From a virus, in IMG/VR virus record IMGVR_UViG_3300045988_175656: a stretch of DNA of 64,000 nucleotides. One strand, given 5' to 3'. The notes below the pieces were generated by a model that saw only the letters and a program-made list of their open reading frames with translations, was not told where the DNA came from and did no database searches. Position 1 is the first letter of the stretch. The number at the start of each line of letters is the position of its first letter. Position numbers and translations under genes: made by a program. Below, in pieces: positions 45,645-55,458 of this stretch.

Positions 45645-48053
45645 ATGAAAGGTTTAACTTATTTCAAACTAAAATCACCATATCCAGGTGATATAACAAA
45701 AAATTGCAGTCTGGATGGCACTGAAATTGACAACAATTTCTTCGAGCTTGAAAGCCGTGATGTGAAAACAGCATACTGGCAAAATGATACGCTAATAATT
45801 GAACGTATGAATGGTGATATTATTAGTGTTCCTGGCATTACTGAAGGCTGTACTAAAAATTTAAACATTGCATACGACAAAGAACAAGGTACTTTATACG
45901 TTACACAAGATGGTTATACCCAAGCCATTACAGGCTTTATTAGTTCTGATGTTTTAACAACCATCAATTCTGATGATACGCTTACAGGTATGGGAACAAG
46001 AAAAAAACCTATTGGTATATCTCCAATGTTTGAAACAGGACAATTCAGACCTGCTATAAAAATTATTGATACTACTAAAGGTGAGAAATTACCTGACCCT
46101 AACAGAGTAGACCCACGAAACAGATTTGTTACAATTGAAAATGTTTCTGATTATGGTTATTTATATGATTACAATGGTGTTAGAAAAATAGCATGTGATT
46201 TACGTGACTCTTCTTCAGAATGGAGAATACCAACCAAAGAAGATTGGGATGATATGTTAAATGCTGTTGAGCCATGTTTAGAGGATAGAAATCATGATAA
46301 AGTAACATGTAACCGTGATTTAGGGCGTTTTGCTGGAAAATTATTAAAAAGTGTTGATTTCTGGCGTTTAGAAAGTATTAATCCATGTGAATCAGACAAT
46401 GGCTGTAATTGTGGTAATGATTGCAATACATCTAATGGTTGTGGCACACGTTATGCAAACAATTGTGATGGCTATTGTGGTGAATACACTGAAAATGCTT
46501 GCTCAAAACCTAATCCTTATCCAAACAGAGGTATTGACAAATATGGCTTTGCTGCCGTTCCTGCTGGTTATGGTGATGATGGTGGCAGATTAGATTACTT
46601 TGGTGAAAGAGGATGGTATTGGACTGCAACTAATCAATGTGCAACTAATGCCTATACAAAACGTTTTGAATATAATAAATCATCTGTTTATCAGGAAGTG
46701 ATAAGCACAAGTAATTTATTATCATTAAGATTAGTTAAAGATTATGATGGTACTAACTTCAGTGAAAGAGAAACTATATTAGGCTCTGATTATTCAACAG
46801 TATTAATGCCATCTATCAAATCAGGTAAAACTATTTGGATGTCTACTAATGTTGCATTTTCAAATAGATATTATGGTCCTGTTGTTCCTAATAATGGAAT
46901 GAATTTAACATATACTAAGAAATTCTTTGTTAATGAATGGGATGGAAAAAGATGGCTTAAAAATGAACTTCGAAATGGCGATTCTATTGTAATATTAAAA
47001 GCACCAACAGGCGAAGATAATGTTGAATACAGAGTTATTAATGGCGAGTTATCTAATGTTGCTACTTCAATATATGATGAAGTAATAATTGCCATCAGAC
47101 CTCAATTAGACTCATTGAAAGGTGCAATTGCATCTGAAACAATTCGTGCTAAAGAAGCTGAAAGAGTATTAGATACTAAAATTGATACTGAAACTGCTCG
47201 TGCAGTGCATGTTGAGAATGGTATTATTGACCAATTGACACAAGAAATTGATAGAGCAAAACAAGCAGAAGAAGCATTAAGTGACCGAATTGATGCAATC
47301 AGTACAGGTCATACAGAAGATATTGCACAATTAAATCAAAAAATTGATGATGAAATTGCTCGTGCTAAAGAAGAGGAAGAGTTCTTAGACCAAAAAATTG
47401 AAAACGAAACTGCTCGTGCTGAAGCTGCTGAAACTAAATTGGACGAAGATATTAAAAATGAAACTGATAGGGCTACATTAGCTGAAGAAGTAATACAAGA
47501 AAATCTTGACAATGAAGTAAAAAGAGCACTAGCTGCTGAAGAAGCTAATGAGAATGCTATAAATGCCGAAGCCGAACTAGCTCGTGCAAATGAAGAGCAT
47601 TTACATCAAATGATTTTGGATGAAGCTAATAGAGCAAGTGGTGTTGAAGCATCTTTAAGAGAAGATTTAACAAATGAAATCGCTCGTTCAACTAATAAAG
47701 ATAATCAATTAGACCAAAAAATTGAAGCTGAAACTGACCGTGCTGAAGCTGCTGAAGATTTAATAAATAAAAGAATTGACGATATTGGCACAGGTCACAC
47801 AGAAGATATAACTGCATTAACTAAAAAGGTTGATGATGAAATTGCTCGCTCAATAGCTGAAGATACAAGATTAGACCAAAAAATTGATGATGAAATTGCT
47901 CGTTCAACTGAACAAGATACATTAATTACTGGACGTTTAATTGCGAAAACAGGTAGTGTGATGGATGCTGCTAATGGAAGTTTAACTTTAGCAACTGAAG
48001 ATGCTGCTAATTCAATAACAATAAGTTTAGATTTTAACTTCGGTTCAATCTAA
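45645..48053 (+). CDS. Tail fibre protein with a Fibrobacter-succinogenes-major-paralogous-type domain, a Cys-rich insert and an 18-residue-repeat helical rod
   Basis: EWRIPTKEDWDDML...GFAAVPAGYG...GERGWYWTAT matches the Fib_succ_major pattern. It is followed by 15 tandem 18-aa repeats. Confidence 0.8.
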   Translation: MKGLTYFKLKSPYPGDITKNCSLDGTEIDNNFFELESRDVKTAYWQNDTLIIERMNGDIISVPGITEGCTKNLNIAYDKEQGTLYVTQDGYTQAITGFISSDVLTTINSDDTLTGMGTRKKPIGISPMFETGQFRPAIKIIDTTKGEKLPDPNRVDPRNRFVTIENVSDYGYLYDYNGVRKIACDLRDSSSEWRIPTKEDWDDMLNAVEPCLEDRNHDKVTCNRDLGRFAGKLLKSVDFWRLESINPCESDNGCNCGNDCNTSNGCGTRYANNCDGYCGEYTENACSKPNPYPNRGIDKYGFAAVPAGYGDDGGRLDYFGERGWYWTATNQCATNAYTKRFEYNKSSVYQEVISTSNLLSLRLVKDYDGTNFSERETILGSDYSTVLMPSIKSGKTIWMSTNVAFSNRYYGPVVPNNGMNLTYTKKFFVNEWDGKRWLKNELRNGDSIVILKAPTGEDNVEYRVINGELSNVATSIYDEVIIAIRPQLDSLKGAIASETIRAKEAERVLDTKIDTETARAVHVENGIIDQLTQEIDRAKQAEEALSDRIDAISTGHTEDIAQLNQKIDDEIARAKEEEEFLDQKIENETARAEAAETKLDEDIKNETDRATLAEEVIQENLDNEVKRALAAEEANENAINAEAELARANEEHLHQMILDEANRASGVEASLREDLTNEIARSTNKDNQLDQKIEAETDRAEAAEDLINKRIDDIGTGHTEDITALTKKVDDEIARSIAEDTRLDQKIDDEIARSTEQDTLITGRLIAKTGSVMDAANGSLTLATEDAANSITISLDFNFGSI
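47127..47936 (+). repeat. 15 tandem 54-nt (18-aa) coding repeats, consensus I-D-x-E-x-x-R-A-x-x-A-E-x-x-L-x-x-K
   Basis: Every unit starts with I/L/V in perfect register from aa 495 to 764 (IASETIRAKEAERVLDTK ... IDDEIARSTEQDTLITGR). Confidence 0.85.
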
Positions 48054-48088
48054 TTATAGTAAATAAAATTTAGAAATATAATAAAAAA

Positions 48089-51000
48089 ATGGGTAAAAGA
48101 TTGCAAATAAGAAATCATGCTGAAGTCTTTGATACAAGAGATTCAGCTTTAGCCTATATTAACGATATATACAAGGGTCAATCATTAGTTGCTGAACCAA
48201 CAGTTTATCTGTATGGTTCAGCCTTGAACCCTAATATTATTCTTGCTATTGGTTCAGTAGGTAATGGTTCATTAGCTGCTAAAAACAAAGTATTTTTAAT
48301 TGATACTGCAAGATTAGACGCTGATATTGCACAATTGAAACAAGATGTATCTGGTGATACTGAAAATATTCAAGATATTTTAACTAAATTAAATGCAGTT
48401 ATTGTTGGTTCAGGTCTTGATTCTGATGGTACTTATCAAGTAGATATTGATGATGATTTATTAAAAAAAGCAACATCATTAAATGATGCCATTAAAAAAT
48501 TATCTGCATCATTACAAGCAACTGCCAAAGCAACCGACTTAACAGTTAAAGATAGTGAAACTGTGCATTTAGAAACAACTAAGACAAGTACAGGTGTACT
48601 TTTACAAGCATTTTCGAAAATATCAGAATATGGTAAATTAGACCCTGATTTTAATGATAATATCCTTATCAAAATGTCAGATGGTTTATATGCAACAGTT
48701 GACTTATCTTATGATGAAAATACAGGTATTTTGACATTCACAGCATCTAAAACAAAAGATGATGGTACAGTAGGTGTTCGTATTATTGAGAAACAATTTA
48801 AAATTGGTTTACATACAACTATGAAATCAGTAAGTTATGACCCTGAAACTGAAACTTTAATTTTTATTTTAACAGATGCAGATGGCAATGAATATACTGA
48901 AGTTGTAGATGCAACTGGTTTAATCACTGAATGGGATGTTGAAAACAAAGTAGGTTCTGCTGTTTATTTAACTAAAACAAGAGTTAAAGATGGTCAAGAT
49001 AAACTTTCGGCTGATGTTATTATTTCAAGTGGTGATGGATGGAATATATTGGAAAAAAGTAAAACAACAGGTGGTTTATTTGTTAAAGGTTATGCAAATA
49101 ATATTAAATATAAAACTGATGTCACTGTTGAAAATGCTTTAGATACTTTAACATTAAATGACCAAACAAATTTAGCTGATGCAAAAGCATATACAGATGC
49201 ACAAGTATCTGCTGAAACTAACCGTGCCAAAGGTGCAGAACAAGTTTTAACAGATAATTTAGCTGCCGAAGTTACACGTGCAAAAGCTGCTGAAAAAGCT
49301 AATTCTGATGCAATTGCTATTATTAATGGTGATAATGATACTGTTGGTTCTATTAAAACTGCATTAAAAGATGCAAAAGCATATACAGACATTGAAACTG
49401 ACCGTGCCAAAGATGCAGAACAAGCATTACAAGTAGAATTAAATACATTAAATGGTAATGAAGCCGTTTCTGGGTCTGTTAAAAATGCAATATCAATTGC
49501 TAAACAATATACTGATACACAAGTAGATGCTGAACAAACTCGTGCTGAAGCTGCTGAACAAGTATTAACAAATGCTGTGACAATTATAAATGGTAATGAA
49601 GCACAAGAAGGTTCTATAAAAAATGCAATAGTTATCGCCAATGAGTACACTGATGAACAATTAGCACAACATGACCATGATTCATTAATTAAAATTGATG
49701 AATTAAGAGATGATTTAAATGCTGAAATTAAAAGAGCCACTATTACAGGAAAAGAAAGCAAATCATTATTAATGAATATTGCACAAGGTTCAACAGGAAC
49801 AACTATTTCAGGTGATGTTAAAATATCTACTATAACAGGTAATATTATATCAGAACAAGATGGTGGTATTTTTGCTTATGTAACATTAAAATATAATGCT
49901 GCGGAAAATGCTCTTTATTTTAACAATGGAACACCTGTTGATACTAAAATCCAATTATCATCTGCAAGTTTAGTTGATGATGCTTATTATGATGCAAACA
50001 CAAAAACAATTGTAATTGTATTTAATGATGCTGATAAAACAACTGTTAAAATTCCTGTTGGTGATTTAATTCCTACATTAGCTGTTGGTAGAGAAACAGG
50101 TAGTGCAGTTATTATGAGATTAGTTACTGAAGAAAATCTAAATACAATATATGCTGATGTCGATATTTCAACTGCATCTGTAAATATATTACAAAATGTT
50201 AATGGTGCTCTTTTAGTACGTGGTACTGCTGATAACATCAAATATGGACAAAACAGTAATGTTGAAACTGCTCTTGATAATTTAACATCAGCTTCAACAG
50301 GTAATTTAGCTGCTGCAAAAGCATATACTGATGAACAAGTTGCTATTGAAAAAGCTCGTGCAGAAGGTGTTGAAAGTACATTAAATACAACTATTCTTAA
50401 CAATACAACAAATCTTCAAGGTCAAATAACTGCTGAAGTTACACGTGCCACTAAAGCTGAAGAAGCAGAGACCAAACGTGCTGAAGCTGCTGAAGCTGCA
50501 TTAGATGCAAAAATTGGTGTTAACAGTGATGCTATCACCATCATTAATAGTGGTTCTGGTACTACTGGGTCAATCGCAAATGCTGTTGCTACTGCAAAAG
50601 CTGCCACTGATGCTGCAATTGAAAGTGAAAAAGATAGAGCAAAAGCTGCTGAAGCTGCATTAGATGCAAAAATTGCTATTATAAATGGTAGTGGTGTAGG
50701 CTCAATGTCTGACATTTTAGATAAAGCAAAAGCATACACTGATACTTCAATTGCCCCAATAGCAGGTCAAATTGAAAATGCTAAACAACAAGCAATTGCT
50801 GCTGCTGCAACTGATGCAACAACAAAAGCTGACAAAGCTAAACAAGAAGCAATTGCTGCTGCTGCAACTGATGCAACAACAAAAGCAAATTCTGCTGAAA
50901 CAAATGCAATTTCGGCTGCTGCAATTGATGCAACAACAAAAGCTGACAAAGCATTATCTGACGCAAAATTATTTACAACTTCTGCAACAACACAAGCATT

Positions 51001-51313
51001 GTCTGATGCAAAAGCATATACTGATGCACAACATATTTATGTAACAGGTGCTAGTGTAAATGCATCAACAAACATAATAACATTAGGTTTCCAAAACAGT
51101 GTTCAAACTGTTAATATTGACATTTCTTCAATAATCGAAGCTGCTGTAACTAGAGCTGTTACACAAGCTGTTGCGCAAGCTAAACAAGAAATTCAATATA
51201 CAATTGTTCCTACTTCTTCTACAAATGGTACAGTTGATAATAGTAAGAGTCCTCGTGAAATTTCTATTGATGTTACAAATGTTAACAATGGTACATATAC
51301 AAACACTCCTTAA
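48089..51313 (+). CDS. Large tail fibre protein with an internal module duplication and AKAYTD / ExxRAxxAE repeats
   Basis: Repeated (L)xDAKAYTDxQVxxExxRAxxAE motifs. Two homologous halves are visible (aa ~198 and ~592 onward). Confidence 0.8.
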   Translation: MGKRLQIRNHAEVFDTRDSALAYINDIYKGQSLVAEPTVYLYGSALNPNIILAIGSVGNGSLAAKNKVFLIDTARLDADIAQLKQDVSGDTENIQDILTKLNAVIVGSGLDSDGTYQVDIDDDLLKKATSLNDAIKKLSASLQATAKATDLTVKDSETVHLETTKTSTGVLLQAFSKISEYGKLDPDFNDNILIKMSDGLYATVDLSYDENTGILTFTASKTKDDGTVGVRIIEKQFKIGLHTTMKSVSYDPETETLIFILTDADGNEYTEVVDATGLITEWDVENKVGSAVYLTKTRVKDGQDKLSADVIISSGDGWNILEKSKTTGGLFVKGYANNIKYKTDVTVENALDTLTLNDQTNLADAKAYTDAQVSAETNRAKGAEQVLTDNLAAEVTRAKAAEKANSDAIAIINGDNDTVGSIKTALKDAKAYTDIETDRAKDAEQALQVELNTLNGNEAVSGSVKNAISIAKQYTDTQVDAEQTRAEAAEQVLTNAVTIINGNEAQEGSIKNAIVIANEYTDEQLAQHDHDSLIKIDELRDDLNAEIKRATITGKESKSLLMNIAQGSTGTTISGDVKISTITGNIISEQDGGIFAYVTLKYNAAENALYFNNGTPVDTKIQLSSASLVDDAYYDANTKTIVIVFNDADKTTVKIPVGDLIPTLAVGRETGSAVIMRLVTEENLNTIYADVDISTASVNILQNVNGALLVRGTADNIKYGQNSNVETALDNLTSASTGNLAAAKAYTDEQVAIEKARAEGVESTLNTTILNNTTNLQGQITAEVTRATKAEEAETKRAEAAEAALDAKIGVNSDAITIINSGSGTTGSIANAVATAKAATDAAIESEKDRAKAAEAALDAKIAIINGSGVGSMSDILDKAKAYTDTSIAPIAGQIENAKQQAIAAAATDATTKADKAKQEAIAAAATDATTKANSAETNAISAAAIDATTKADKALSDAKLFTTSATTQALSDAKAYTDAQHIYVTGASVNASTNIITLGFQNSVQTVNIDISSIIEAAVTRAVTQAVAQAKQEIQYTIVPTSSTNGTVDNSKSPREISIDVTNVNNGTYTNTP
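50780..50950 (+). repeat. 3 x 57-bp in-frame tandem repeat (AKQQAIAAAATDATTKADK units)
   Basis: Units at 50780-50836, 50837-50893 and 50894-50950. The first two differ at only a few positions. Confidence 0.85.
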
Positions 51314-51330
51314 TAAGAGTGCATATATAC

Positions 51331-51362
51331 GAAAAGGAGAGCAAAACTGCTCTCCTTTTTTA
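51331..51362. terminator. Bidirectional terminator between the tail fibre and DNA polymerase genes
   Basis: ggagagca / tgctctcc stem flanked by A4 and T6. Confidence 0.75.
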
Positions 51363-54300
51363 TTGCATACTTTCCATGTAACTATTATATTTTTCTTCTG
51401 AAATTTTATCAAAATCTTTATCAATAATATCAAAAATACTACCAATAGCCACTTTCCATTTTTTAGAAATAAAATTATTTGAATTTACATCTTCTTCAAC
51501 AATTTTCAATAATGAAGCTGGTAATTCACCTTCTTCCATAAACTCATTTACATCTTCTTTTGTTAAAGAGTCTATAATTTTGTTGTATGCTTCAACCTCT
51601 TCTTTAATTTCAGCTTCTTCTAATTGTTTTTGTCTTGCATCATAATCTTCAAGAACTTCCTGCCAATTAATTCCACATTCTTCAACAAATGGTGGTACTT
51701 CACCTGCTGATTTCCAAAATCTTATTTCTTTATCTTCAATAGTCATTAATTGTTCGTATGTATCTTGGTCAGTTGGTTTGTAAGGTTCTCCTGAAACCAA
51801 TTTTGATTGGTCAACAGTAAAATAATTTCTATCTTCTGGATTATTAATTAATATTTTATCTCTAATATCCTTAGAGAAACAAACTAATAATGGTTTGATA
51901 CGTTTATTAAACTGTTCCAAATATTTTTGTACATTATATTCAGTATCTTCATCACAAAATGTATCATTTTCATCTTCAACCACTTCATTATCAAGCAATA
52001 TACAATTAAAAATTAATTCATCTTCTTCAGTTAAATTAGGGTATTCAACTTTAGCACACTCCACTTTATCTTTATATACAGGTAAATCACGTTCATTATT
52101 TTTTACTTTTTTTCTATAAGCAGTCCACATTTTATCAACTTCTTTCGTAATTTCAACCTTTTCTTCGCCTTCGATTGTGTAGTAATGTGTTACTCTTTTA
52201 ACATCTGAATGTGATTTGGATTTTCCTGTGTTAATATAATATATTGCATCACCCATATGAACATTCAAATTATGTTTTATTGCCAATTCATACCAAGCTT
52301 GTCTCGCTTTTTTACTACCTGCTGCTGTAACGTTCCCACAATCTTTAATATATTCAGACAAATCTTTTTTAATTTTACCAACTGAAGCTATTTCTTTCAA
52401 TGGTATTTTCAAATTATATATTTTATCAATATAGTCATAATACATAATCAAAAATTCTTGACCTTTACCAAATAATAATAAATCAATTGCTTTATTCATG
52501 AATTTTTCTATATACAATGGCATTTTTTTAGATTTAATTGTATTACCAACTAATTTTGTTTTACCATTTTCCAAATAATCAGCATAATTTTTACGAGAGA
52601 AGTTAATAGTTGCTTGGGCATATTCATCAATACCAAGCCCCATTTTACCTCTCATAAATAAATCATTAAATTCAGCAACATCAGCTTCTACACCATGATA
52701 TTCTTGCCCTTCTTTTGTGTTACGATTAAGACCTTTTCCAATATAATGACGTTTATTTAGTTCTTCTTCAGGTGGCATTTGAAAGTTTACCCCATCAGTG
52801 TCCATTACAATAGGCTTATATCCTCTATCTTTAAACCACTTATTCATTAATCTTAATGATTGTCTGCCAATACAAGTTGTTTTTTCAGCACACATTAAAT
52901 CACCCCAATTAAATAAATTAGGAGCACCAAAACCACCAAAGAATGAATTACCAAATATTTTGAATGGCAACTGTTTTTTATCATTAGCTGATTCTTCAGA
53001 TTCATATTTTTGAAGTTCTTCTTTTAACAGTTTTAATTCCTCAGTTGTTCCTAAAAAAGTTTCAATATATTCTTTTTTCTTTTTAGCCTTTTTGCCTGCA
53101 ACGCTTTTCAAACCTTTGAATTTTTCACGTTCAGATAAAATATATTCCAATAAGGCTAACATAACACCTGAAATATCTTCACCTGTTGAAATCATCCAAC
53201 TTAAAATAATAGATGGATAAAGAGAATTATAGTCCAATTTAACAACTCTATCAACATATCCAACTGATAGAAGTCTTGATAAACCACCTGTAAATGCTCC
53301 AGATGATGCATATGATGGTAATGCAAGGTCATTTTCATAACTCCAAGCCAACATAATCATTTTCCATGTAGCTGCTGTACCCATTGTACACACTTTTCCA
53401 AAAGTCGTTGGAAGAAGTTTTCCCAATAAGAAATTAGACTGATTATATCTTAATTCTACTTTATCTGTTTCATATAAGTCATCCAACAAATATCTTTCAA
53501 CAATATATCTTCCAGTTGTCTTTACATATATTTCGTTTGTTGAATTATCTTTGATAGTGCCATCTTCCAATAAAGTGTAACGAATTTTTTCTTCAGTAAT
53601 TTCTTCAAATTTATTACCAGATGCAATTTCAGTTAATTTGTTTATTTCTTCTTCATGTTCTAATAATTCAGTTTTATCATGAATATAACTTTGAATTTCA
53701 GTGATTTTCTTTGAAGCGTTTTCAATTTCTTGTTCTGTATAAAAAGTTAACTGTTTCTTATCAATTACCTTATTATAAGTTTTGGAAAATGTCTTATCAG
53801 TTATTTTAAACCAGTGTCCATTTTCATCATTAAATGCATATTCATTTACAGTGTCAGCCCATGTAACATTAATATCATTACCTGGTACATAAACACGATT
53901 AGGCTTATTTAATTTAGAATATTTTGTGACATATTTCAAATCAGCCTTTTTCATGTTACTGTCTTGTGCTTGCGCTCTTCTAACAGCATGTAATGAATCA
54001 GTTACATTAAATCCCCAAATTACTGTTGGGTAATAATATTCAATTTCACCACCCAATTTAAGAACTGACTGTTTCTTTTTCTTATAAATTGATTTTGGAA
54101 AATATTTTGCACTTTCAATTTGCATAGAAGTTCCTAACAAAGCCAAACGTTTTATTAAAAAGTCCCAGTCAAAGTTCTCAGAGTTATGACCTGTTATAAC
54201 ATCAGGTTTTTCACTTCCAATTATTCTTAAACACTCTCTAATAGCTTCTAATTCATTTTGTAATCGTTCTTCACCTTCACCTGTAATGGTGATGATTTTT

Positions 54301-54911
54301 TCAAACCCCTTATTTGTTCTAATACCCACCTGATTGATAGCACATCTTTCTGCTTCCAACCCCTGGGTTTCCAAGTCCCATTCAAGACGTTTCAATTGGT
54401 CATAATCATCATATCCTTTGAATAACCGTTTACCCGTAGAAATCATAAATTGCTCAACAGGTGTAATTGCTAAAAATTCTTTACTACTTCCTGTTGAATT
54501 TTTATCATTAGAATATATTGGCTTTTTCCCTTCAACAAAGAATTGACTAAATTTTTTAAATGGCATTGAAAATTTAGCATAAAACATCACACGATAACCA
54601 TTTTCAAGACGTTCAGTAGTCTCCCCTTTGTTGTTGTAAATATTTAAGCCTTTAGTTGCAATACCATATTCAGCCATCTTCTTCATAAGCAGCTTTCTAT
54701 CTCCACCATATAATTGTCTTGCTGCTGATTGTTTTGCCCACACAAAAGGATAAAACGCTTCACGTTTCATTCTTTTAATACCTTTTGCATCATTATATAT
54801 AATGATAGCATCTTTATCATCATAACTGCACTCAATATTAATGATACGTTCCATTGGGTCATGCCCTTCAAGGAATTTATTGATTCTTTCAGAGGTTATT
54901 TTTTCTATCAT
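51360..54911 (-). CDS. Family B DNA polymerase with 3'-5' exonuclease domain (1183 aa)
   Basis: Exo I WDLETQG, Exo II HNSENFDWDFL, Exo III YLLDDLYETD, motif A LDYNSLYPSII, motif B KIFGNSFFGGFG, motif C VMDTDGV. Confidence 0.92.
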   Translation of the reverse strand: MIEKITSERINKFLEGHDPMERIINIECSYDDKDAIIIYNDAKGIKRMKREAFYPFVWAKQSAARQLYGGDRKLLMKKMAEYGIATKGLNIYNNKGETTERLENGYRVMFYAKFSMPFKKFSQFFVEGKKPIYSNDKNSTGSSKEFLAITPVEQFMISTGKRLFKGYDDYDQLKRLEWDLETQGLEAERCAINQVGIRTNKGFEKIITITGEGEERLQNELEAIRECLRIIGSEKPDVITGHNSENFDWDFLIKRLALLGTSMQIESAKYFPKSIYKKKKQSVLKLGGEIEYYYPTVIWGFNVTDSLHAVRRAQAQDSNMKKADLKYVTKYSKLNKPNRVYVPGNDINVTWADTVNEYAFNDENGHWFKITDKTFSKTYNKVIDKKQLTFYTEQEIENASKKITEIQSYIHDKTELLEHEEEINKLTEIASGNKFEEITEEKIRYTLLEDGTIKDNSTNEIYVKTTGRYIVERYLLDDLYETDKVELRYNQSNFLLGKLLPTTFGKVCTMGTAATWKMIMLAWSYENDLALPSYASSGAFTGGLSRLLSVGYVDRVVKLDYNSLYPSIILSWMISTGEDISGVMLALLEYILSEREKFKGLKSVAGKKAKKKKEYIETFLGTTEELKLLKEELQKYESEESANDKKQLPFKIFGNSFFGGFGAPNLFNWGDLMCAEKTTCIGRQSLRLMNKWFKDRGYKPIVMDTDGVNFQMPPEEELNKRHYIGKGLNRNTKEGQEYHGVEADVAEFNDLFMRGKMGLGIDEYAQATINFSRKNYADYLENGKTKLVGNTIKSKKMPLYIEKFMNKAIDLLLFGKGQEFLIMYYDYIDKIYNLKIPLKEIASVGKIKKDLSEYIKDCGNVTAAGSKKARQAWYELAIKHNLNVHMGDAIYYINTGKSKSHSDVKRVTHYYTIEGEEKVEITKEVDKMWTAYRKKVKNNERDLPVYKDKVECAKVEYPNLTEEDELIFNCILLDNEVVEDENDTFCDEDTEYNVQKYLEQFNKRIKPLLVCFSKDIRDKILINNPEDRNYFTVDQSKLVSGEPYKPTDQDTYEQLMTIEDKEIRFWKSAGEVPPFVEECGINWQEVLEDYDARQKQLEEAEIKEEVEAYNKIIDSLTKEDVNEFMEEGELPASLLKIVEEDVNSNNFISKKWKVAIGSIFDIIDKDFDKISEEKYNSYMESMQ

Positions 54912-54968
54912 AAATTACTATTTGATTTCTGTTTAAAAGTTAAGGTCACATTTCAATGACCATCATTT

Positions 54969-55006
54969 TTGCAAATATACAACTTAGTTTCAATTAAAGC
55001 CACAAA
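54969..55006 (-). promoter_or_regulatory. Bacteroidota-type promoter for the polymerase gene (GTTGTATATTTGCAA; -33 TTTG at a non-standard 23-nt spacing)
   Basis: Plus strand reads ttgcaaatatacaac at 54969-54983. The -7 box is at 54972-54979. Confidence 0.55.
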
Positions 55007-55055
55007 AAAATCGCATATATTTTATTACATGCGATTTTTAATATTATTTAATGAT

Positions 55056-55457
55056 TTACTTTTTTATAACACCATCCATGATATAAATCATCAATTCATC
55101 TTGGATTGGCATAATCAGTTCACCAACTGGGTATGTTTGTTCACCACTCACCAAATCGGGATTAAAGTCGATTTTAAATTGCCCTCGATATATACCAGGT
55201 TGTTTTGTGTCCCTTTCTTTCCATTCATATACAATTACAAATTCATTGACACAACTATTATTTTCACGTGGCACTATTGAAGCTTTTGCATTCGCAATTT
55301 TCATAATACCATTATCAACATTAGTCATTGAAAATGTAATAGAAGCGTTTTGTATCGCTTCATAAAATTTGTTGAAGTCATGTCTACCATCATTTATTAA
55401 CTCCATTCGAAGATGTGGTAAGACCGAGTTTTTATTTATATAAAATTCTTGTGCCAT
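55056..55457 (-). CDS. Hypothetical protein (beta-rich)
   Basis: ORF 1 nt downstream of the protease-like gene. Confidence 0.5.
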   Translation of the reverse strand: MAQEFYINKNSVLPHLRMELINDGRHDFNKFYEAIQNASITFSMTNVDNGIMKIANAKASIVPRENNSCVNEFVIVYEWKERDTKQPGIYRGQFKIDFNPDLVSGEQTYPVGELIMPIQDELMIYIMDGVIKK

Positions 55458-55458
55458 A

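Noticed and set aside
45645-51313. Diversity-generating retroelement targeting the tail fibres.
   Set aside because: No reverse transcriptase ORF is present, and no template-repeat / variable-repeat pair differing mainly at adenines is visible. The repeats present are in-frame structural repeats.
51360-54911. Intein or intron in the unusually long family B polymerase.
   Set aside because: All polymerase and exonuclease motifs are contiguous and in order. The extra length comes from helical or acidic insertions and a C-terminal extension, without Hint or endonuclease motifs.
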